The notes below the pieces were generated by a model that saw only the letters and a program-made list of their open reading frames with translations, was not told the origin of the DNA and did not search any database. A stretch of DNA of 17,880 nt from an uncultured Oligoflexus sp. (GTDB lineage Bacteria; Bdellovibrionota_B; Oligoflexia; Oligoflexales; Oligoflexaceae): positions 10,628-28,507 of the forward strand of contig CAXSGP010000029.1 in the NCBI GenBank assembly GCA_964236955.1. Direction: 5' to 3'. The translations under genes were made by a program, and so were the position numbers. Below are positions 7,511 to 16,594 of this stretch, piece by piece (within the stretch, counting starts at the first letter, position 1; each line of letters starts with the position of its first letter).

Positions 7511-9142
7511 TCACGTCATGCCGTGAAGCCCTTTAAAAGCATCAAGAAGGACACGAAGGTCGTGATGACCTTTGTAAACGGCCGGAGGTTTTTTATTGAG
7601 GTTGAGAAGCCCATAAACGGCGGTGGCAGCACTTCGCACGGAGTACTCTACGGTAAAGACGACGTCATCGGGCTGCTCGCAGAACTGGCCCGTAAATGCC
7701 AGGTTTTTCCAACCCTTAGGCAAGACATCGGGACGGTCGCCCCCTTCACGCACTAAGAACTGGCTGGTGATGAAGGGCATCATGCAAGGAATGGTAATAG
7801 ACCTCTTTAGTATTTCCTCTCTCTCCGCTTCGCCTATCTTTAAGTGTCCCAGGAATTCTGTAAAGATCTCCTCGCCCGAACATTCCTGCATCGGTTTCTT
7901 AATGAAATTGCCAGGCTTATCAACATAGAGTCCATAGCCCCAGAAGACATTTACGTCCTGAGGTTGATTTGAAAAGTGAGGCTGGGCGGGCAGGACTATG
8001 GAACAGAGCCAGTTCGATTCCGCGAAGGTAATCAGCCCGCCTTCACCGGGCACGTTGCCGGTCATTTTTCGAACGATGTTGAAAAATTCAGAATTATGGA
8101 GAGTGGTGGTGGTGGATATCCATTTTGATTTATCGATATGATCAGAGAAAGCCGAGGGCCTGCCAAATTCGGGACGGTCCCTGGCTATGGTCTCCCACAG
8201 GCTCCAGGCCCCGCCATCGTATTTGCTGCCAAGAGCGGCGGCTTTGAGATTGCTGCCCAGTGAGGAACTTTCCGTCATAGAACCCAGAGTAACGATAACC
8301 AGATCCTGAGGCCGAACCACGATCTCCCGTGAAATGCCAGCGGTTTGATATAATATTTTATCAACATATTCGAGCTGGTCATCCGATTTCTGAGTCGAAA
8401 GATCGGTAACCATTGCCTTGAGCTGAAAGTTGACATCGTGCTCCAGGAGCCACTTGTGAAGGGGCTTCACCAGTGAATCATACTGATTGAGCACCGTTCT
8501 CATGATTCCGCTTAAGCGGTTGAAGCCGAAAACCATATGAGAAAAACGCTTGAGGTAGCGTTTAAATTCAACGGCACTGTGCCAGGGCTGAAAAGCAAAG
8601 GTCGTGCACCACATCAACCAGAAGTTGCTGGCAAAAAAATCCTGGTCAAAAGCATCTTGAATGCTGCTTTTGCCCAAGAGAAACTCCGGCTCTATCATTA
8701 TCCATTCGAGTTTGAGTATGTTTTTTTCGCTGAGGCCGAGCTTTGGTGCATCCAGCGGCTGTCCGTCGCGAACCAACCTTGAATGCGAAGACGTTTTGAT
8801 GACCTCATTCCACTCGATTATTTCCTGGGTAACCGTTTGACTCTTGTCGAGAGTGGGTATCGTCGAAAAGAGGTCATAGGTACAAAGGTATTTGGGTTCG
8901 ATCATGCGTCCGCCACGCACGATATAACCGGTCTCGGCTGAGCCGGAGCCGTCCAGGCTTCATCCCCATCGATCACTTTCCTCCAGGATGGTAATGTTCT
9001 TCCCTAAAATCCCAGCATCTCGAATAAGGTAAGCGGCTGCAGCCATCGAGCCAATACCTCCTCCTACCAAATAAGCGTGGGTGCTGGTGCGGAGGCGGTT
9101 GGCTTCCATTTCTGCTTTTTGCATTTTATCGGCAGCGACCAT
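7511..9142 (-). pseudogene. ohyA: Oleate hydratase (myosin-cross-reactive antigen family, FAD-dependent) with one in-frame TGA at 8960-8962
   Basis: ORFs 8960..9142 and 7511..8920 share a frame: AYLVGGGIGSMAAA (Rossmann)...ILEESDRWG*SLDGSGSAETGYIVRGGRM...FAFQPWHSAVEFKRY...NQYDS...MMPFITSQF...NLAFTGQFCE..DDVVFTVEYSVR. About 543 aa if read through. Confidence 0.88.
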
Positions 9143-9201
9143 TTCTTCTACCTATCTGTTTGAATGGAGTCTCACGGGCTTCGAGCCTTGGTCTCCAGTA
9201 A

Positions 9202-9217
9202 AGCAATAAAGGGGCCA
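9202..9217 (-). promoter_or_regulatory. sigma54 (-24/-12) promoter for the oleate hydratase gene
   Basis: Minus strand TGGCCCCTTTATTGCT: GG-N10-GC with TGGC and TTGCT, 60 bp upstream of the ATG at 9142. Confidence 0.7.
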
Positions 9218-9279
9218 GCCCCTGGATGGGGCGAGAGGGAGATCATGGCAGGGTTTAGAGCGCAGCGGCACCAGGGCCC

Positions 9280-9293
9280 GTGGCAAATGCCAC
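9280..9293. promoter_or_regulatory. Candidate enhancer (UAS) palindrome between the divergent sigma54 promoters
   Basis: Perfect 6-2-6 inverted repeat GTGGCA-aa-TGCCAC. Confidence 0.45.
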
Positions 9294-9416
9294 AGTCTCT
9301 GTGTTGGATAACGCAGTTTAAGGGCTAAAGAACAAACTGAATATTTCCCTAGCAATTTAAGTAGGATAAGGCGAGAATCGGCAATTCTGGGCGCTACTTT
9401 TCAGCCTTGATGGGGC

Positions 9417-9432
9417 TGGCATAGCTGTTGCT
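9417..9432 (+). promoter_or_regulatory. sigma54 (-24/-12) promoter for the cytochrome c/TPR gene
   Basis: TGGCATAGCTGTTGCT: GG-N10-GC, close to consensus TGGCAC-N5-TTGCW, 37 bp before the ATG at 9470. Confidence 0.8.
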
Positions 9433-9469
9433 CAAGATCCCCTATCGATATATTAATGAGGGGATTGCT

Positions 9470-10639
9470 ATGAGACTTTTTGGTCAAGGTCCAAGCCAAT
9501 TGATACTTTCAATGGGCGTGATTCTGTCACTTTCAAGCCCGCTGCTTTTTGGAAGTGAAGAAAATAAGGCCCATGTCCGCGATGCCCAATTGTTGCCTCA
9601 TATGCAGATCGCCTATCAGGCTCTTATTAAAATACTTTCAGCAACGGCCAAGGATCAGGATTCGGGTTCACCGAAAGACTTTGCCAAAACTGAGGCGAGT
9701 CTCAAGGTCCTTTCCGAAGAGGCCAAAGCGATCCATGCCTTGGTACAGAAGAATGACAAGGGTCACGAGTTTTTATCTCAGGAATTACAAAAAAGCTCCG
9801 AACTGGCCTATATTCGCTATAAAAACGGTTTCCGTGACCAATCAAAATTCCATCTTTCCGAAGTGGTGAATACCTGTTTCAGCTGCCACACGAGTAGAAA
9901 TAGCGTTGTCGATTCCAGTTTTACCTCGGCTTTCTCCAAGGATCTTGAACAAGACGAGTTTGATCCCCTGGCAAGGGCGCGATTTTTGAGCCTGTCGCGG
10001 CAATTCGAATCATCGGCAGCCGCCTATGAAAGTTTGTTGCTGGGGCGAAATATAGGTATCGATGAACTGATGAATTTCGATCCCATGGTCGAATATCTGA
10101 TCCTTTCGCTACGGGTAAAAAATGATTCGGGTCGAGCCTTAAAAACCTTTCAGAAGATGCAAAAGCAGCCCTACCCCGAAGTCGTAAAACGAGACCTGAA
10201 TACATGGATCGAAGGCCTCCAGTCGATACCTTCCTTTGATCCCAAAGCCAGTAGCCTTGATAACGCCAAAGCCCTGATCGCTCAGGCAAAAGCTAGTATG
10301 GAGTTCCCGCGCGACAGAAGCGGAATGGTGCAGTACGTGTTGGCTTCCAAATACCTTCATGACTACCTGATCAACGAGAATCTATCAAAGGATCAAAAAG
10401 CTCAGGCTTATTATGAGCTGGGCGGCTGCGAACTGATCCTCGCGACACAATTCTCCTCGGATGAGGCGAATACTTATTTCGCTGAGGTTATTCGTCTCAG
10501 TCCTAAGAGTGATCTCGCCCGCAAAGCTTATGCGCGCTATGAGGAAAACGTTTTATATAGCTTCAGCGGAAGTTCTGGCTTGCACCTGCCAGACGACGAG
10601 AAAGCCAAGATGATTGATTTGAAGAAGCTTTCTTTTTGA
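9470..10639 (+). CDS. Secreted monoheme c-type cytochrome with helical/TPR-like C-terminus
   Basis: Start moved to ATG 9470 (GAGGGG RBS; the TTG at 9428 lies inside the sigma54 motif). 389 aa. Hydrophobic N-terminal signal, single CFSCH (CXXCH) after a helical region, TPR-like AQAYYELGGC...ANTYFAEVIRLSPKSDLARKAY. Confidence 0.75.
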   Translation: MRLFGQGPSQLILSMGVILSLSSPLLFGSEENKAHVRDAQLLPHMQIAYQALIKILSATAKDQDSGSPKDFAKTEASLKVLSEEAKAIHALVQKNDKGHEFLSQELQKSSELAYIRYKNGFRDQSKFHLSEVVNTCFSCHTSRNSVVDSSFTSAFSKDLEQDEFDPLARARFLSLSRQFESSAAAYESLLLGRNIGIDELMNFDPMVEYLILSLRVKNDSGRALKTFQKMQKQPYPEVVKRDLNTWIEGLQSIPSFDPKASSLDNAKALIAQAKASMEFPRDRSGMVQYVLASKYLHDYLINENLSKDQKAQAYYELGGCELILATQFSSDEANTYFAEVIRLSPKSDLARKAYARYEENVLYSFSGSSGLHLPDDEKAKMIDLKKLSF

Positions 10640-10746
10640 AGGGAAGCGGCCAGGGTCTATCATTTCCCTGTGAATCGCGTTCTAAGGAGCCGTTTCGGGT
10701 TTCTTTCTAAGCCTTTATTCCCGGAATCCAGAAAATTACCTAATAT

Positions 10747-10759
10747 TATCAATGTCTTA
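10747..10759 (+). promoter_or_regulatory. IHF consensus match upstream of the NtrC-family gene
   Basis: TATCAATGTCTTA matches WATCAA-N4-TTR within an AT-rich 310 bp intergenic region. Short motif that could be chance. Confidence 0.35.
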
Positions 10760-10949
10760 TGCATAATTAGTTTCATATGACGCAAAGATTGTATTAAATG
10801 CTGCAGTATGATCGTCTTATGCTGCTTAACTTATTTTATGACGTCACTTCTTCGGGCGTTTATGGAAATTTATAGATAGATAGGCAAGTGCCGGTCACGG
10901 CACAGATTGGGTAAGGAAAGATTCAACCGCTTTGATGAGGTAACGCAGG

Positions 10950-12395
10950 ATGAGCAAATCAATCAAAGCCCGTAAGCTTGCATGTGCAGGCTCTAAGGTC
11001 CTGGTCATCGACGATGAGGAGATGCTTGCCTGGAGCATTGAGACCGAATTGAAGGCCAATGGCGTCGACGTGCTTTCGTGTGGGAGTCTGCGGGTCGCGC
11101 TCGAGAGTTTTTCCAGCTTTAATCCAGACCTCGTGATCTGCGATCTCAGCCTACCCGATGGCAGCGGTATGGAACTCATGAAAAAATGGCATTTGGAAAA
11201 ACCTGATATGCCTTTCATACTCATTACTGCGCATGGTGCCGTCGAGTCGGCGATTGACGCCCTAAGGTTCGGCGCTTTTGATTATCTGCAAAAGCCATTC
11301 GATCTTAAAACATTGACGACAACGGTAAACCGGGCTGCGGAAATATCCTTTTTGCGGCAAAAGGTAAAACAGCTGACCGGACGCGTCGCCTCCCGTGAGC
11401 CTTTGCACATCATCGGTGAATCCGCTGCCATGAAGAAAACCCAGGTCTATCTGGAACGCATAGCTCAGTCAAACGCCAGTACCGTATTGATCAACGGCGA
11501 AAGCGGAACCGGCAAGGAGCTTGCGGCCCGGGCCGTCCATGAGTGGTCGGCGCGAAATGATATGCCATTCATTGAAATCAATTGCGCGAGCATTCCGGAG
11601 AACCTCCTGGAGAGTGAGCTTTTCGGCTATGAAAAGGGCGCTTTTACCGATGCCCGCGAAAGAAAGCTGGGACTGTTTGAAATCGCCCAAAACGGGACGA
11701 TTTTTCTCGATGAGATTGGAGAGATGCCGCTTAAACTTCAGAGCAAGCTCCTTAGGGCCCTGGAATCGCGGCGCTTTACCCGTTTGGGTGGCACGCGTGA
11801 GGTGTCCTTTACAGCCCGCATCGTGGCAGCAACCAACAGGATGCTTCTGGATGAGGTGGCTAAGGGTAATTTTCGAAACGATCTCTACTACCGATTAAGC
11901 GCCTTGCCTCTTGTTTTGCCTCCGCTACGGGACCGGATGGAGGATATGGATCTGCTTGTCGACTTTTTTATCCGAAAGTTATGTTCCGATCTGAATATAA
12001 AAATTCCCAGAATAACGACAGAAGCCAGCAAAAAGTTAAAAAGCCATAGCTGGCCCGGTAATTTAAGAGAGTTGAGAAATGCCCTGGAGCGCGCTTTGGT
12101 GTTTAATCGTCCTGATGTCATTTCCGAAGGTGACATAGAACTTGACGCTATCATCCCCTTGGCGATTCCTGGCGTGGGCCTCCCTGGCAAAGCGGCTGCT
12201 GCTGACCCGTTGGAACCTGTCTGCCTCTTTCGCTTGCCGGACGCCGGCATCGATCTCGAGGAACTCGAAAGGGATCTGCTGACACAGGCTCTCAGTCGCG
12301 CCCATAATAATCAGACTAAAGCCGCTGAGCTTTTAGGGATCAGCAGGCACACTTTCCGCTATCGCCTTGAAAAATACTGTCTGGTTCAAGGGTGA
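10950..12395 (+). CDS. sigma54-dependent response regulator (NtrC/AtoC family: REC-AAA+-Fis HTH)
   Basis: 481 aa. VIDDEE, ICDLSLPD, LQKPF (receiver); GESGTGKE, ESELFGYEKGAFTDA, FLDEIGEM, FRNDLYYRL, WPGNLREL (AAA+); NQTKAAELLGISRHTFRYRL (HTH). Confidence 0.96.
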   Translation: MSKSIKARKLACAGSKVLVIDDEEMLAWSIETELKANGVDVLSCGSLRVALESFSSFNPDLVICDLSLPDGSGMELMKKWHLEKPDMPFILITAHGAVESAIDALRFGAFDYLQKPFDLKTLTTTVNRAAEISFLRQKVKQLTGRVASREPLHIIGESAAMKKTQVYLERIAQSNASTVLINGESGTGKELAARAVHEWSARNDMPFIEINCASIPENLLESELFGYEKGAFTDARERKLGLFEIAQNGTIFLDEIGEMPLKLQSKLLRALESRRFTRLGGTREVSFTARIVAATNRMLLDEVAKGNFRNDLYYRLSALPLVLPPLRDRMEDMDLLVDFFIRKLCSDLNIKIPRITTEASKKLKSHSWPGNLRELRNALERALVFNRPDVISEGDIELDAIIPLAIPGVGLPGKAAAADPLEPVCLFRLPDAGIDLEELERDLLTQALSRAHNNQTKAAELLGISRHTFRYRLEKYCLVQG

Positions 12396-12418
12396 ACCTC
12401 TGAAAGAAGGAGCGGATC

Positions 12419-13912
12419 ATGCCATTAACCAAGACCTCGCTTTCCGAACTGCTTGCCCTGAAGTCAGTTCTCACCTTAACTGATCAACCGATCTTGATTT
12501 TTGATTCGCAGGAAAATTTGATCGGAACCAGCAGTAAAGCGGTCAAGTTCTTTCCAAGGCTTGCCTCGGATCTGACTCTTGCCGATATTCTTGGGACTTC
12601 GCTCCCGGCGTTGAGGGATTGGATAAAACAGGCGAGGGACACCTGGGATCAAACTGTGCTGGAGCTGATCGAGGATAATTCTGATAGCGGCGCCCGGCAT
12701 ATCGGCTGGAAATCCCAGGCCATATTTAGTAAGAATCACGATTTTATAGGATTCTGTCTCGTGGGCTCGGACTTCACCCAGCGTGACCGGCTCGAGGATG
12801 AGCTGAAGAAATCCTTGCGCCTGGTTCAAGACCATAAGATGGCCCTGGATGAATCTTCGATTGTCGCCATCACCGATCAAAAAGGTGTCATCACCTATGT
12901 GAACGACACCTTTTGCCGAATTTCAGGTTATGATCGCATCGATCTCATCGGCATGACCCATTCCGTCGTGAAGTCGACGTTTCACCCGCCAGAATTCTTT
13001 CATAATCTATGGGCAACGATTGGGCGTGGTCAGGTTTGGAAAGGTGAGATCAAAAATAGAACCAAAAACGGCGACGTCTATTGGGTTGATACGACTATCG
13101 TCCCTTTTGTAAATGAATCCGGCCGGCCTTATCAGTATGTGGCAATCCGAAATGATATCACTGAGAAAAAACTCATGCAGGAAAATTTAGGGAGGGAGCA
13201 GATCCGGGCTTTGCATGCCGAGCGGATGGCAAGCCTTGGGAAGCTTGCCTCCGGTATTGCCCATGAGCTGGGGAATCCGGCAGCCTCGATCAATGCGTGG
13301 CTGGACGTGATCGAGTCGCAGAGAGAGCGGGGGCTTTTGGATGTCGAATTTTTTTCCCGCATGATACCAAAGGTCAGAAAGGATGCCTTGCGAATCAGAG
13401 ATATCATCAGGGCCATGTTGGCTTACGCGCGTGATGGTTCCCGAGATCCCTTTCAGCTTGAAAACCCCTTGCTCATCCTCAATCAGACCGTGGAAAGCTG
13501 CGCCTATAAACTCCGATCCTCGCATGTGCCGATCAAATTGCATGTGCCGAATCCTTATTTGAGCCTGGAATGTCGAGGCACAGAAATTTCACAAATGCTG
13601 GTGAGTTTTATCCTCAACGCCTGCGATGCAATCCAAAATCTTGAAGACAAATGGATTCATATCGATATTGTTGACGACGCCCAAAACATCTTGATTCGAA
13701 TCACCGATGCGGGCGCCGGAATTCCCTTTGAATTTGCCGAGAAGATTTTTGAACCTTTTTTCACCACTAAACCTGTTGGAATGGGAACCGGCCTTGGCTT
13801 GAGCATAGCCAAATCAATTGTCGATAATCATCAGGGAAGTATTTCACTTGATAGGACGAGCCCGAATACTTCTTTTGTTATCTCCTTACCGAAAAGACAC
13901 GATTTGGAGTGA
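12419..13912 (+). CDS. Cytoplasmic PAS/PAC sensor histidine kinase (NtrB-like core)
   Basis: 497 aa, no TM helix evident. Two PAS-like regions; H-box [10 protein letters not shown]-box [35 protein letters not shown], 23 bp after the regulator stop. Confidence 0.95.
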   Translation: MPLTKTSLSELLALKSVLTLTDQPILIFDSQENLIGTSSKAVKFFPRLASDLTLADILGTSLPALRDWIKQARDTWDQTVLELIEDNSDSGARHIGWKSQAIFSKNHDFIGFCLVGSDFTQRDRLEDELKKSLRLVQDHKMALDESSIVAITDQKGVITYVNDTFCRISGYDRIDLIGMTHSVVKSTFHPPEFFHNLWATIGRGQVWKGEIKNRTKNGDVYWVDTTIVPFVNESGRPYQYVAIRNDITEKKLMQENLGREQIRALHAERMASLGKLASGIAHELGNPAASINAWLDVIESQRERGLLDVEFFSRMIPKVRKDALRIRDIIRAMLAYARDGSRDPFQLENPLLILNQTVESCAYKLRSSHVPIKLHVPNPYLSLECRGTEISQMLVSFILNACDAIQNLEDKWIHIDIVDDAQNILIRITDAGAGIPFEFAEKIFEPFFTTKPVGMGTGLGLSIAKSIVDNHQGSISLDRTSPNTSFVISLPKRHDLE

Positions 13913-14047
13913 ATGAATTTTAGACTAGAGGCTGTTGACGTTTGGCTTCGCCAACGCCGGCCATCCTCAAAAAAGATGATCTATTGACCGGAGGGACCTT
14001 GGATCTATAAAGGTAACGCCTGCTCAATGGCTGCTGATGTCCTTTGC

Positions 14048-14074
14048 ATGGCCTTAGCCATCGGCTTAGGCCAT
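14048..14074. terminator. Stem-loop between convergent genes (possible terminator)
   Basis: ATGGCCTTAGCC-atc-GGCTTAGGCCAT, 12 bp arms with one mismatch. No clear U-tract on either side. Confidence 0.4.
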
Positions 14075-14174
14075 TAGTCCGAAAGACCTAATTAGCAATG
14101 TGGCGTTTTATGCCGATCCTAGAATTCTTCACTAGCAGGGAATGTCTCAGGCCCGGCGATTGAAACTGCCAAAA

Positions 14175-16244
14175 TCAGCCGTAGTTCCGATTTCTGGATA
14201 GTGGCGCATAAAGGGCGACCGTGTTAAGCAGTAAGGTGTGATCGATGGGTTTGGTCAGAAAACCATTACAGCCTGACCGTAGGCACTGGTCCCGCTCCTC
14301 AGCCATGGCATGGGCCGTAAGTGCTATGATGGGCTTTTCATAGGCCTTGGCCCGTAATTTAAGGGTGGCGGCATGGCCGTCGAGAGTCGGCATTTGAATA
14401 TCCATGAGTATAAGATCGTAGTCATTGCCAAGAGCAAGTTCGATGGCTTCCAGGCCATTGCTGGCAAGGTCGACCTTAGCTCCGGACCGCGAGAGGAGAC
14501 GCTTGATCAGGATCTGATTATCCATAACATCGTCGACCACTAAAATACACATGCCGCTAAGGTCGACGCTCGTCGCTTTCTCGGGGGAGGCTTCAGCGAC
14601 AGGCTGATGAGGCGTCAGCAGCTGCGGAATCTGCACGGGCACCACAATAGAGAACAGGCTACCTTGATCGGGACGGCTGTTGACAATGGTGACATCGCCG
14701 CCCATGGCAATGGCCAAACCCTTGGAAAGGACCAAGCCTAAGCCTGTGCCTCCAAATTTGCGAGTCGTCGTGCTGTCGGCTTGAACAAACGATTGAAAGA
14801 GGGTGGCTTGTTGCGCCGTAGTTATTCCGCAGCCACTGTCCTGGACCAGGAAGAGAAGGTTGCACCGGTCGGTGAATTCCGGAACATTTACTTTTAATGT
14901 TACGGTCACAGCACCCTGCTTGGTAAACTTGATCGCATTACCGATAATGTTAACGAGAATCTGACGAATCCGGCCGCAATCGCCCAAGGCCAATTCTGGA
15001 ACCTCGCCCTCGACTTTAATGTTGAGTTGAATACCTTTGCCGTGGGCTAATATTCCTAGGAAGCTTTGAATTTCCGCCAGGAGTGGCAAGGGCGAGAACT
15101 CAATATTTTCAAATTCAATTTTACCCGCCTCCACTTTAGAGAGATCCAGGATGTCGTCGATCAGATGCGATAAGGCATGGCCGTTCCGGGTGATGGTTGC
15201 TATGAAATTGTTTTTATCTTCGTCGGTCAGATCTGCTTCTTTGAGCAGTTCGGCAAAGCCCAATATTGCGCCGAGTGGGGTGCGGATTTCGTGGCTCATG
15301 TTGGCAAGAAAAGCACTTTTGGCCTGATTGGCTTCGACGGCTACTTTTTTGGCCCGGGCCAGGTCCTGTTCAAAATTACTGCGTTCGGTTCGATCCGTAA
15401 GGGTGATAACCGCCCCTAAGAGATCGCCTGAAGAGGTCATGATCGGCCCGATGCTGAGGAGAAGGTGGAAAGGCTCGGCTCCCACCCGCGATGTCACCAG
15501 GAGGCCGCGGCGCTTATCACCCGCCATGGCCTGGCGAATGGAAAAAGCCTGTTCATGCTCGTCTACCAGATCGAGCAGCGTATCGATGTCTTCGAAAATG
15601 GGGTAACGCCCAGCAATCCGGGAAGCAACTTCGTTGGCGCGAATAATACGGCCTTGGGTGTCGCAGACCAGGATACCATCGGCGATACTTTCCAGTATAG
15701 AGCGGGCCAGACGTTCTTCAGCCAGCAGGGCTTCGTCCCGCTTTTGTTCGCTTAAGTCAGTGGCCACCATGCAAAGCAGGATTTCATTGCCGATATTGAC
15801 CGGACTGAGTGTCAGGTAAGCGGAAACGGTCGAGCCGTCACCGGTTCGAAAGCCAACCTCCCCCTTTGATGTTGCGTTCCAACCCTGGCGCTTTAGGCCA
15901 TCAAAAAAACCCTGATCCTTATTGTCAACCAGTTGCGATAAATCCCGTCCCGCCAGCATTTCCAGCGGCTGACGCAGCATTTGGGCGAAACGCAGATTGC
16001 AGAACGCGAGAGTGCCATCGCTGGCGAGCGTGGCCGCCCCTTGGGACATTTCTTCAACCAAAACCCGGTAGGGATGCTCGGCGCCCTTAAGGGTAAAGAC
16101 CTGGGCGCCTTCGTCACTATTTACGACCAGGGCGTCGACCTCACCGCTTTGGATGGCGCGAATCGTTTCTTCAGAGATCGCCAGACGACTTCTTAAGTCT
16201 TCAATGTCTTGCTGAAGACTTTCAACCATTGCTTGATAGGGCAT
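14175..16244 (-). CDS. Hybrid sensor histidine kinase (coiled coil-PAS-PAS-HisKA-HATPase-REC) downstream of kaiB
   Basis: 689 aa. EETIRAIQSGEVDALVV N-terminus, two PAS regions, FLANMSHEIRTPL, NIIGNAIKFT, DSGCGI, GGTGLGL, C-terminal receiver VVDD...LMDIQMP...LTKP. No TM helix evident. Confidence 0.95.
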   Translation of the reverse strand: MPYQAMVESLQQDIEDLRSRLAISEETIRAIQSGEVDALVVNSDEGAQVFTLKGAEHPYRVLVEEMSQGAATLASDGTLAFCNLRFAQMLRQPLEMLAGRDLSQLVDNKDQGFFDGLKRQGWNATSKGEVGFRTGDGSTVSAYLTLSPVNIGNEILLCMVATDLSEQKRDEALLAEERLARSILESIADGILVCDTQGRIIRANEVASRIAGRYPIFEDIDTLLDLVDEHEQAFSIRQAMAGDKRRGLLVTSRVGAEPFHLLLSIGPIMTSSGDLLGAVITLTDRTERSNFEQDLARAKKVAVEANQAKSAFLANMSHEIRTPLGAILGFAELLKEADLTDEDKNNFIATITRNGHALSHLIDDILDLSKVEAGKIEFENIEFSPLPLLAEIQSFLGILAHGKGIQLNIKVEGEVPELALGDCGRIRQILVNIIGNAIKFTKQGAVTVTLKVNVPEFTDRCNLLFLVQDSGCGITTAQQATLFQSFVQADSTTTRKFGGTGLGLVLSKGLAIAMGGDVTIVNSRPDQGSLFSIVVPVQIPQLLTPHQPVAEASPEKATSVDLSGMCILVVDDVMDNQILIKRLLSRSGAKVDLASNGLEAIELALGNDYDLILMDIQMPTLDGHAATLKLRAKAYEKPIIALTAHAMAEERDQCLRSGCNGFLTKPIDHTLLLNTVALYAPLSRNRNYG

Positions 16245-16255
16245 ATATATTCGCC

Positions 16256-16594
16256 TTAGTTCGATCTTTTGGAAGTCGGTGTCTCAGACCCCGTAGCTTT
16301 TAACTGCAACCCGACCATCACCCTTTCCTTGTCTGACATATCCCCGATGAGCATCTGCAAAGGCGCTGGAAATTTCTTTAGCAAGGTTGGGACCGCCACT
16401 ATCTGGGCGCTTTTGGCCAGCTCCGGCTGTTGGTAGATATCGATGACCTGCAAGCGGTAACGGCCCTTCAGCTCATCTTCGCAGAACTGCTTGACGTTTC
16501 TTAGAGCCGCCTGGGATCGAGGCGTGGTACCGGCAATAAAGAGAAAGAGGACAAATTCATCCCCGTCCTGATAACTGTTTTCTTCATTTGTCAT
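16256..16594 (-). CDS. kaiB: Circadian clock protein KaiB family
   Basis: 112 aa. LFIAGTTPRS..AL.N...CE..L.GRY.L.VIDIYQQPELA...QIVAVPTL.K..P.P...LIGDMS is the KaiB signature. Start overlaps the end of kaiC by 11 bp. Confidence 0.95.
   Translation of the reverse strand: MTNEENSYQDGDEFVLFLFIAGTTPRSQAALRNVKQFCEDELKGRYRLQVIDIYQQPELAKSAQIVAVPTLLKKFPAPLQMLIGDMSDKERVMVGLQLKATGSETPTSKRSN

Noticed and set aside
7454..7756. 100 aa plus-strand ORF with ARARARAR
   Set aside because: The AR run is just the translated CTAGGG repeat and the rest is antisense to oleate hydratase.
8960..8962. TGA as selenocysteine or as genome-wide Gly (translation table 25)
   Set aside because: The aligned residue is a structural Gly, not Cys, and many genes in this window end in TGA at their expected termini (ABC ATPase, NtrC regulator, both kinases), so the standard code applies.
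10760..10800. GACGCAAAG as part of a c-di-GMP-I riboswitch
   Set aside because: The upstream GCAAAC/GNRA-tetraloop stem and the second stem are not present.
11634..11655. GAFTDA instead of GAFTGA suggesting a sigma54-independent activator
   Set aside because: The critical Phe-Thr pair is intact and GAFTDA is a common variant among sigma54 activators.
14030..14100. CTGATG...CGAAA as a hammerhead ribozyme
   Set aside because: The core reads CUGAUGU rather than CUGAUGA and stems I and III could not be built.
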